From contig SVPW01000002.1 in the NCBI GenBank assembly GCA_015065645.1, positions 31,776 through 95,775 of the forward strand: DNA of 64,000 nucleotides, given 5' to 3'. The position numbers and the translations under genes are program-made. Every line of letters starts with the position of its first letter. Within the stretch, counting starts at the first letter, position 1. This stretch comes from Oscillospiraceae bacterium (GTDB lineage Bacteria; Bacillota; Clostridia; Oscillospirales; Acutalibacteraceae). The notes beneath the pieces are model-generated. The model was given only the letters and a program-made list of their open reading frames with translations. It ran no database searches and was not told the DNA's origin. Of this stretch, positions 18,144 to 30,549 are shown in pieces.

Positions 18144-18171
18144 TTCAACTTGTCAACCTTAAAAAGTTGAA
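18144..18171. repeat. Inverted repeat (candidate operator) in the XRE 5' leader
   Basis: TTCAACTT (18144..18151), 12 nt, AAGTTGAA (18164..18171). A further caactt copy lies at about 18113. Confidence 0.6.
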
Positions 18172-18219
18172 CTACATAAACTTTGTTTAGATTACACAAT
18201 ACAGAAACGGAGTATTTAT

Positions 18220-18549
18220 ATGTTTTATGACAGATTTGTTGAAATATGCAAACAGCACAACGTATCACCCTCACAAGTGGCAATAAGATGCGGATTTAAT
18301 AAATCAAGCATTACAAGCTGGAAGAAAAACGGCTATACACCACGACAAGAAATTTTAATAAAAATCGCCGATTATTTTAATGTAACGGTTGATTTTTTGC
18401 TTGGCAACCAACAAAATGAATCTACCGTAATTAGTGATGAAGATATTAAAACCGCATTATTCGGCGGTGATAAGCCTGTAAGTGATGAAATGTGGGATGA
18501 AGTTAAATCCTATGTTGAGTATTTAAAAACCAAATATCAGAATAACTAA
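18220..18549 (+). CDS. XRE-family helix-turn-helix transcriptional regulator
   Basis: N-terminal HTH_3-type sequence (SPSQVAIRCGFNKSSITSWKKNGYTP...KIADYFNVTVDFLLG). Confidence 0.8.
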   Translation: MFYDRFVEICKQHNVSPSQVAIRCGFNKSSITSWKKNGYTPRQEILIKIADYFNVTVDFLLGNQQNESTVISDEDIKTALFGGDKPVSDEMWDEVKSYVEYLKTKYQNN

Positions 18550-18553
18550 AAAA

Positions 18554-18589
18554 ATCCCTTTTGCAATCCATAAAAATTGCAAAAGGGAT
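18554..18589. terminator. Bidirectional terminator between the XRE gene and gatB
   Basis: 14-bp stem atcccttttgcaat / attgcaaaagggat, flanked by A- and T-runs. Confidence 0.8.
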
Positions 18590-18609
18590 TAAATATTTTT
18601 TACTTGAAA

Positions 18610-20034
18610 TTAAAGATTTTTCATTTTGTTTTCCAAAATTTCTTTAATAACAGCAGGGTCACCTGCACCTCTAAGCTCCTTCATACAAGCACCAAACAAT
18701 GCCTGCATTGCTTTAAGTTTACCGTTTTTATAGTCTTCAACAGCTTGTGAGTTTTCACCTATAACCTTATCAATAGTGCTTTCAACGGTGGAAAGGTCAA
18801 TCTTTCTGTCAAGACCCTTTTCCTTACAATAAGCAACGGGGTCAACATCGTCCTCTACCACTGCAATAAGCACCTTTTTACCTGCGTTGCGGTTAATTTT
18901 GCCGCTATCAACCATTTTAATAATAGCAGAAAGCTTTTCAGCCGTTACGGTAAGCTCATTAATTGATTTACCATCCTTGCGGAGAATACCGGCACAATCA
19001 GTAAGAATCCAAGCAGCAGTATCCTTTGGATTGCAACCCATGGCAACTGTATCATCTAACAATTTGCTTAATTGATGATTTCCGATAAGCATATCAATTT
19101 CCTTATCGGAAATGCCTGCTTCACGGTATGCTTCAGCCTTTTCATCAACAGCCTCAGGCTTACTTGCCTTAATCTGCTCAAGCCATTCATCATCAATTAT
19201 AATTGGCATAAGGTTGGCATCGGGGAAATAACGATAATCTGCTTCTGTTTCCTTATTACGCATTGCAAATGTTTTACCGCTTACATCATCAAAACGCCTT
19301 GTTTCCTGAACAAGCTCTTCGGTTTCAAACTCTAAAGCATCCATATGACGCTGTGCTTCATAACGAATTGCACGCTCAATAGCCTCAAAGGAGCTCATAT
19401 TCTTAATTTCTGTACGAACACCGAACTCCTCACTTCCCTCAGGTCTAACCGAAATGTTTACATCACAGCGCATTGCGCCCTCTTCACATTCGGAAATGCC
19501 GCCTGAACGGAACATTGATTTAAGCTTATTAAGATAGGTTACAACCTCCTCAGCACTGCGAAAATCAGGCTGAGTAACTATCTCTATAAGCGGTACACTT
19601 GTACGGTTAAAATCAACAAATGATGATTTACCGCTGTGAACAAGCTTACCTGCATCCTCTTCCATGTGGATCTGCTTAATGCGAATATCACGGGAACCCT
19701 GAGAAGTTTTAAGTGTAACACAGCCGTTTACACATATAGGGTTATTTATCTGTGTTATCTGATAAGCACAGGGAAGATCGGGATAATAATAATTCTTTTT
19801 ATCAAAGGTTGTGTATTTATTAATATCACAGTTAAGCATAAGACCTGCTGTAACAGCCAATTCCACTACTCTTTTGTTCATTACGGGAAGCATACCCGGC
19901 ATTCCGCTGCAGGCAGGACAAACACAGTCATTAGGTTCTTTCGGAGAAGAATGACCGCCGCAAGAACAGAATATTTTTGATTCGGTGCTTAACTCAACGT
20001 GTGTTTCAAGACCGATAACCAATTCGTAATTCAT
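18610..20034 (-). CDS. gatB: Asp/Glu-tRNA amidotransferase subunit B
   Basis: 474 aa with the canonical N-terminus YELVIGLETHVEL and a YqeY-like C-terminal tail. Confidence 0.95.
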   Translation of the reverse strand: MNYELVIGLETHVELSTESKIFCSCGGHSSPKEPNDCVCPACSGMPGMLPVMNKRVVELAVTAGLMLNCDINKYTTFDKKNYYYPDLPCAYQITQINNPICVNGCVTLKTSQGSRDIRIKQIHMEEDAGKLVHSGKSSFVDFNRTSVPLIEIVTQPDFRSAEEVVTYLNKLKSMFRSGGISECEEGAMRCDVNISVRPEGSEEFGVRTEIKNMSSFEAIERAIRYEAQRHMDALEFETEELVQETRRFDDVSGKTFAMRNKETEADYRYFPDANLMPIIIDDEWLEQIKASKPEAVDEKAEAYREAGISDKEIDMLIGNHQLSKLLDDTVAMGCNPKDTAAWILTDCAGILRKDGKSINELTVTAEKLSAIIKMVDSGKINRNAGKKVLIAVVEDDVDPVAYCKEKGLDRKIDLSTVESTIDKVIGENSQAVEDYKNGKLKAMQALFGACMKELRGAGDPAVIKEILENKMKNL

Positions 20035-20037
20035 AGC

Positions 20038-21222
20038 TTACTTACCTCCCCTTTCAACACAAGCCGCCAAGCTTAAAAGTGTGCTTTCGCCAAAATGCTT
20101 ACCCAAAAGCTGAACACCGCCGCTAACTAAAGCAGGTGTACCGATAAGGTTTGCAACTGCGGTAAATACACTTTCATCAAAAACCTTACCAAAAGCCGAT
20201 GCTATATCATACTTTTCATAAGAAGCCTTACTGCATACGGGGGTTAAAACCGCATCGTAATTTTCCATAAGCTTTTCAAAGCTTTCAGCCACAACACGGC
20301 GCACTCTGAGCGATTTATCAAAGCAATCCTTATAACGGTTTTTGGAAAGAACATCCGAACCATAAAGAATAACAGCCTTTGTTAGGAAATTAAAACCTTG
20401 GGTTCTGGTATTTACATACAATTCATCAATATTTCTATATTCCTTTGCACGATAACCGTACTTAACACCGTCATATCTTGAAACATTATTACAGGTTTCA
20501 GCAGTCATAAGAATCTGCCAAGCCGTATTTGCTATGCCAAAAAAGTCAACCGATATTTCCTCAACCTCAACTCCGTTTTTACGAAGTTCATCTGCAAAGG
20601 TGTTTACCTTTGCTTTGGTTTCATCATCTGCCAATTCAAGCAGTTCTTTTACAATACAAACCTTTCTTTTTGAAACATCATTTTGAATGGTATAATCATA
20701 GCTTTCATTTTTAAGGCTTGTTCCATCCTTTTCATCATGACCGGAAATAACCTCAATAATTTCCTTTATACCATCAGCATTAGCCGCATAAACACCTATC
20801 TGTTCACCCGAAGCGGCACATGAAATAACACCATAGCGTGAAACCGTACCATATGTGGGTTTAAGAAAATCCACACCCGAAATTGCTGCAGCACGCCTGG
20901 TACTGCCGTTCATATCAACACCTAAAGCCGCCTTAACACTACCATTTGCAACAAGCTGAGCAGCAGCGCCTTTAAGCTCCTTTTCTTTTTCGGAATAATA
21001 TGAAAACTCACCCATAAGGTCAAGGCCAAACTCACCAACATGTGTTTTTCCTGAAATTTTATATCCCTTTTCTTCAAGATTAACAACCGCCTGTGCACTG
21101 AAAAGCGGCTTAAATCCTTCTAAAATGCGTGAGCCTGCAGTTGCCGGAACATCCTTAACAAGAATTGTATCATCAACCGCAATATTTCCGTTTTCACAAA
21201 TTTGAGTTGCATAATATTTCAT
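20038..21222 (-). CDS. gatA: GatA-like amidase-family subunit, shortened and lacking the GGSSGG signature
   Basis: LKPTYGTVSRYG, VKD and GS-TRR contexts align with GatA, but GGSSGGSAAAVA is replaced by ELKGAAAQLVA. The likely start is ATG 21222, with GAGGTG overlapping the aspS stop. Confidence 0.7.
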   Translation of the reverse strand: MKYYATQICENGNIAVDDTILVKDVPATAGSRILEGFKPLFSAQAVVNLEEKGYKISGKTHVGEFGLDLMGEFSYYSEKEKELKGAAAQLVANGSVKAALGVDMNGSTRRAAAISGVDFLKPTYGTVSRYGVISCAASGEQIGVYAANADGIKEIIEVISGHDEKDGTSLKNESYDYTIQNDVSKRKVCIVKELLELADDETKAKVNTFADELRKNGVEVEEISVDFFGIANTAWQILMTAETCNNVSRYDGVKYGYRAKEYRNIDELYVNTRTQGFNFLTKAVILYGSDVLSKNRYKDCFDKSLRVRRVVAESFEKLMENYDAVLTPVCSKASYEKYDIASAFGKVFDESVFTAVANLIGTPALVSGGVQLLGKHFGESTLLSLAACVERGGK

Positions 21223-21232
21223 TTCAAACACC

Positions 21233-23308
21233 TCACTTTACAAGTCTTGGTACCTGCCAGCTGTCATCGTTGCGTTCGGGAGCGCCAAGGAGCAGGCTTT
21301 CTCTGCTGAAAGGTTGCTTACGAACATCCTCACGAAGCACATTGGTCATAGGCATAACATATATCATCTGTTCAACATTTTCTGTGTTCACATCTTTAAG
21401 AGCAGCTTCATTTTCACCCATCATCTTAAAAATATCCTGCATAACAGCTTCCTCTTCCTCTGTAAGAGAAATCTGATTCAGTTGCTGTGCATTTGAGAAT
21501 GTGGAACGCTTACCCTGTGACTGCTTTGCGGAGCCATTACCTGCCGCACGACCTGCAAGAACACTACCGTTTCCAAGCAGATGAACATCCTCAAGCTGTT
21601 GATTGGAAACTTCACTTGGAGCACCAAGAAGCAGATCCTGTGCATTACCGTTAAGCGGGAATGCAATAACATCAAGTATCTTTTCCTCATCGGTAAGAAG
21701 CATTACCATTCTATCAATGCCGGGAGCCATACCTGCATGAGGTGGAGCACCGTATTGGAATGCTGTATAAAGTGCATTAAAGCGTGATTTAAGCTCTTCT
21801 TCAGAATAGCCTGCAATATCAAACGCCTTTTTCATAATATCTATATCATGGTTACGAACCGCACCCGAAGCCAACTCAATACCATTACATACCAAGTCAT
21901 ATTGGTAAGCCAAAACCTCTGTAGGCTCCTTATTAACAAGTGCATCCATACCACCCTGAGGCATAGAGAAGGGGTTGTGGGTAAAGATTGTATCCCCTGT
22001 TTCCTCGTCAAGCTCATACATCGGGAAATCAACAACAAAGCAGAATTCAAAGGAATCATCACCAATAAGGTCAAGCTGTTCCTTTGCGGCAAGCCAGGTA
22101 CGGATAGCACCCGCTTTTTTCTCGGTATCATTCTTCTTGTCATCACAAATAAAGAAGAGTGTTTCTCCCTCTTTCACACCTGTAATTTCAATTATTTCTG
22201 CTTTTTTGGAATCACTTAAAAACTTAGCAATTGGGCCTATAAACACACCATCTTTAAGGGTGATATAGCCAAGTCCGCCAAGTCCAACCTCAGCAGAGGT
22301 TGCATATTTAAGGGAATCCTCAAAGAATTTGTTTGATTTACCACGGCAATCGGCAACAATTCCACGAACAGGTCTACCCTTAAATGCGGGGAAATTTACA
22401 TCGGCAAAAAAGTCGGTCAAATCACATATAATAAGCGGATTGCGTAAATCGGGCTTATCCGAACCGTATTTCATCATAGCATCAGCATAGGTAATACGGC
22501 GGAAAGGCTTTTCGCTTACCTTTTTATCTGAAAATGTTACAAATGTATCGTGAACAACATCCTCACAAACATCCAAAACCTCTTCCTGTGTTGCAAATGC
22601 CATTTCAAAGTCAAGCTGATAAAATTCACCCGGTGAACGGTCAGCACGGGCATCCTCATCACGGAAACAGGGAGCAACCTGGAAATATCTGTCAAATCCG
22701 GATACCATTAAAAGTTGCTTAAACTGCTGCGGTGCCTGAGGTAAAGCATAAAATTTACCCGGATGCTTACGGCTTGGTACAAGGAAGTCACGTGCGCCCT
22801 CAGGTGAGGAAGCTGTGAGTATTGGGGTTTGCATATCAAGAAAACCCTTATCCTCCATCTTGTTTCTTAAATGACGAATTATCTTTGAACGGATAACAAG
22901 ATTTTCATGGTTTTTGGGATTACGCAGGTCAAGATAGCGGTATTTAAGGCGAAGCTCATCCTTGCTCAACCTTGAAGCTCTTACATCAAACGGGAGCATA
23001 TTTTTGGATTTGCCAAGTACCTCAAGACTATCAACTACAAGCTCAACATAACCTGTTTCAATCTTGGTATTTACAGTTTCAGCGTCACGCTTTTCAACCA
23101 CACCGCTTACCGAAATTACGGTTTCACGGTTCACATTTGCAAGCAGAGATTCATTATGAATAACCACCTGTGTTACGCCTGTGTAGTCACGTAGGTCAAC
23201 AAATATAACGCCACCGTGGTCACGAATAACATCTACCCAGCCTGCAAGCTGAACAGTCTGGCCGATGTGCTTATCACGGATATCGTTACAGAATAGTGTT
23301 CTATACAT
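21233..23308 (-). CDS. aspS: Aspartyl-tRNA synthetase fused to a C-terminal GatC domain
   Basis: Residues 1-578 are bacterial class IIb AspRS. A 34-aa G/S/A/Q linker follows. The last 79 aa carry GatC motifs (LTEEEE, VNTENVE, NVLRED, GAPE, QVPRLV). Confidence 0.85.
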   Translation of the reverse strand: MYRTLFCNDIRDKHIGQTVQLAGWVDVIRDHGGVIFVDLRDYTGVTQVVIHNESLLANVNRETVISVSGVVEKRDAETVNTKIETGYVELVVDSLEVLGKSKNMLPFDVRASRLSKDELRLKYRYLDLRNPKNHENLVIRSKIIRHLRNKMEDKGFLDMQTPILTASSPEGARDFLVPSRKHPGKFYALPQAPQQFKQLLMVSGFDRYFQVAPCFRDEDARADRSPGEFYQLDFEMAFATQEEVLDVCEDVVHDTFVTFSDKKVSEKPFRRITYADAMMKYGSDKPDLRNPLIICDLTDFFADVNFPAFKGRPVRGIVADCRGKSNKFFEDSLKYATSAEVGLGGLGYITLKDGVFIGPIAKFLSDSKKAEIIEITGVKEGETLFFICDDKKNDTEKKAGAIRTWLAAKEQLDLIGDDSFEFCFVVDFPMYELDEETGDTIFTHNPFSMPQGGMDALVNKEPTEVLAYQYDLVCNGIELASGAVRNHDIDIMKKAFDIAGYSEEELKSRFNALYTAFQYGAPPHAGMAPGIDRMVMLLTDEEKILDVIAFPLNGNAQDLLLGAPSEVSNQQLEDVHLLGNGSVLAGRAAGNGSAKQSQGKRSTFSNAQQLNQISLTEEEEAVMQDIFKMMGENEAALKDVNTENVEQMIYVMPMTNVLREDVRKQPFSRESLLLGAPERNDDSWQVPRLVK

Positions 23309-23310
23309 GA

Positions 23311-23551
23311 TACATACCTCCTAATTTTCTCAAAAAAAATAAACGTCCCGGGAATATAAAATATTCCCGGGACGAGTAAAACAAGTTTAACCCGCGGTGC
23401 CACCCGCATTGATACGCATAAGCGTACCCTCTTTTAAATATTAAATTCAAAGTCAACCGTGGAGTGTTCCCAAGCTTACTACTCATCTCAAATGCGCTTT
23501 CAGTCGGTGACGCATTCTCCCTGACAGACTTTCCACAAAAGCCGAGTCTCC
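23311..23551 (-). promoter_or_regulatory. T-box leader of the aspS-gatA-gatB operon
   Basis: T-box sequence AAUGCGGGUGGCACCGCGGG lies at 23410..23391. A 14-bp terminator hairpin at 23374..23344 is followed by a U-run. Stem III-like hairpin and F-box-like ACGGUUG are also present. Confidence 0.85.
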
Positions 23552-23557
23552 ATGCGT

Positions 23558-23586
23558 ATTATAGCAAAATACCGCCGCTTTGTCAA
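23558..23586 (-). promoter_or_regulatory. Consensus sigma-A promoter of the T-box leader
   Basis: On the minus strand: TTGACA (23586..23581), 17-nt spacer, TATAAT (23563..23558). Confidence 0.75.
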
Positions 23587-23705
23587 CAATATTTTTAACG
23601 GTAAATTGATACAATATTCATTAATACACACTTTTACAAATATTGACTTATTTTTCATAATGTGATAATATTTACTTGTAAAATAAAAATTTGGAGTGAA
23701 AAATT

Positions 23706-24095
23706 ATGTTTTGCAAAAATTGCGGTGCACAACTTCCTGATGAAACTTTGTTTTGTGTAAGATGCGGTGCGGATTTAATGCAATCAAACCCCTATCATCA
23801 GCAACAGCAGTATCAACAACCACCTTATCAGCAACCCTATCAATAACCTTACACTCCTTCAACACATCAACCTGCACAAGGCTTTGCAATAGCATCACTT
23901 GTTTTGGGTATTGTATCTTTTTTGATTTTTGCAATTATTGCAGGGCCCTTGGCAATCATTTTCGGAGTAGTTGCTAAAAATAAGGGTAACAGAAGCTCTA
24001 TGGCAACCGCAGGTATTATATGCGGAATTATAGGTATTGTGAGCTATTTTATTATGATAATTTTATTACAAAATACTATTTTTGCTCTATTTTAA
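23706..24095 (+). pseudogene. Zinc-ribbon plus DUF4190-type membrane protein interrupted by an in-frame TAA
   Basis: MFCKNCGAQLPDETLFCVRCGADL followed by a Q/P/Y-rich linker. TAA at 23844..23846 lies in the same frame as the downstream TM region (GFAIASLVLGIVSFLIFAIIAGPLAIIFG...). Confidence 0.65.
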
Positions 24096-24107
24096 ATAAC
24101 ACTACAA

Positions 24108-24146
24108 AAACGGGATGTCTAATCATGAAGACATCCCGTTTTTTGT
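24108..24146. terminator. Bidirectional terminator
   Basis: aaacgggatgtct / agacatcccgttt hairpin followed by a T-run. Confidence 0.8.
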
Positions 24147-24159
24147 TTCTATTCACAAA

Positions 24160-25332
24160 TTAAAATGCACCATCTAATTCCTCTTTTTCAGGTGGGAAAT
24201 AGCTATGCCTTGCACTTTGTACAAATTTAATTTGTTTTTCTCCTTTTACAGCATTAAACAAAGCCATAACGGTTTTTGGCGGACAAACATAATCGCCTAA
24301 ATAGCAATGAATTTGTATGGGACATTTAATATGCATACCTTGTGCTACGGTATCAAAATACCTAAGCCCTTCGGCAAATTTGGGCCGCCATCCCTTTAGA
24401 TAACCCTGTGCTTCGGCATTAAGGTCACAAAACCATGGTTTATAGGCTATAAGCTCGGTTACATCACGGTCATGAGCCGCAACGGTTACAGCCTGCAAAG
24501 CCCCCTGACTTCCACCAACGGATATAATATCCTTTCCGTTCCATTCGGGTAAGGATTTAACATATTTAAGGGCTATAAGATTTCTTATCATCATTCCCCT
24601 GTAATATGTTGTCATATTAGAAGCGTTTTCTTCATCACTAAACCCGTAAAAAGAAAGCTCACTGCCGTATATTTTTTCAAGTTCACTGTCACTCTTATCA
24701 TTCTCAAAGCCGTGTGCATTAAAGCAAGCGCAGATTTTATTTTCATCATATTCATAATATGCTGCATGAATTCCATATCCCAAGAAAGAAATACGGATTG
24801 GATACTTTTCACCGCCCAAAGGAATTGTAATACATCCGCTTGCATTTCTTCCAAAAGGTGTTTTAACCATCACCTCATATTCTCTAAAGCCTTCACGATT
24901 ATCCCTATCCTTTTCCTTTAAACAGACAACCTGCGTTTCAAATTCCGCAACGGTTTTTTCTATCTCTGCCCAATATTCATTAAAATCATCAGGCAAACAA
25001 TCAGAATATGAAAGGGTGAGAACATCAGCTCCGGCAGATGAATCCAATGGATCAAAGCCTTCTATCTCCTTACCGTCACCATCAAGTGCAATACAATTAA
25101 GATGAACAAATCCTGCTCTTTCAAGGTAATATTTAAGTGTTAACGGCTTTTCTGCAGTAATTTTTGCCTTGCCGTTAATTTTTTTGCCATCATCACCCTG
25201 CATTTCCCATTTTACATTTTTACAATCTATATTCTTGCCATCTTCCCTTGCAAAAACAGTAAATATTATCTCCTCACCGCAGGTATATGAAAGTGGATTT
25301 TTATTAGTAAAGCACTTAAAATATTTCGCCAT
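24160..25332 (-). CDS. Acetyl-xylan-esterase/cephalosporin-C-deacetylase-like esterase (CE7-type) with an N-terminal extra domain
   Basis: Nucleophile-elbow motif GGSQGA, with C-terminal SARHSY supplying a candidate catalytic His. No signal peptide. Confidence 0.65.
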   Translation of the reverse strand: MAKYFKCFTNKNPLSYTCGEEIIFTVFAREDGKNIDCKNVKWEMQGDDGKKINGKAKITAEKPLTLKYYLERAGFVHLNCIALDGDGKEIEGFDPLDSSAGADVLTLSYSDCLPDDFNEYWAEIEKTVAEFETQVVCLKEKDRDNREGFREYEVMVKTPFGRNASGCITIPLGGEKYPIRISFLGYGIHAAYYEYDENKICACFNAHGFENDKSDSELEKIYGSELSFYGFSDEENASNMTTYYRGMMIRNLIALKYVKSLPEWNGKDIISVGGSQGALQAVTVAAHDRDVTELIAYKPWFCDLNAEAQGYLKGWRPKFAEGLRYFDTVAQGMHIKCPIQIHCYLGDYVCPPKTVMALFNAVKGEKQIKFVQSARHSYFPPEKEELDGAF

Positions 25333-25375
25333 TTATATCTTCCTTTTCATAAAAATACAGCCTATCAGCTAACCC

Positions 25376-25410
25376 TTACGCATAATTTGGTAATACCAAA
25401 TTATGCGTAA
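25376..25410. repeat. Perfect 17+1+17 palindrome between GH2 and CE7
   Basis: ttacgcataatttggta a taccaaattatgcgtaa. No U-run follows it on the minus strand. Confidence 0.9.
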
Positions 25411-25426
25411 TAATTTTTTCCCTTTA

Positions 25427-30518
<5,092 letters not shown>

Positions 30519-30549
30519 AACTGTGACCCCTCCGATTATATCCACACAC

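Larger units (their letters stand above)
16249..18549. mobile_element. Orphan phage tail-fibre/receptor-binding islet with an XRE regulator
   Basis: Two overlapping phage-tail-type genes plus a divergent HTH gene, wedged between the glnA promoter region and the gatB terminator. No integrase is present. Confidence 0.45.

Noticed and set aside
23301-23486. 61-aa minus-strand ORF upstream of aspS
   Set aside because: It coincides with the T-box leader and its terminator hairpin and is not a coding region.
23844-23846. Possibility that the in-frame TAA reflects stop-codon reassignment
   Set aside because: TAA is used as the ordinary stop for many well-defined genes in the window (metK, ribU, terL and others), so a genome-wide code change is excluded.
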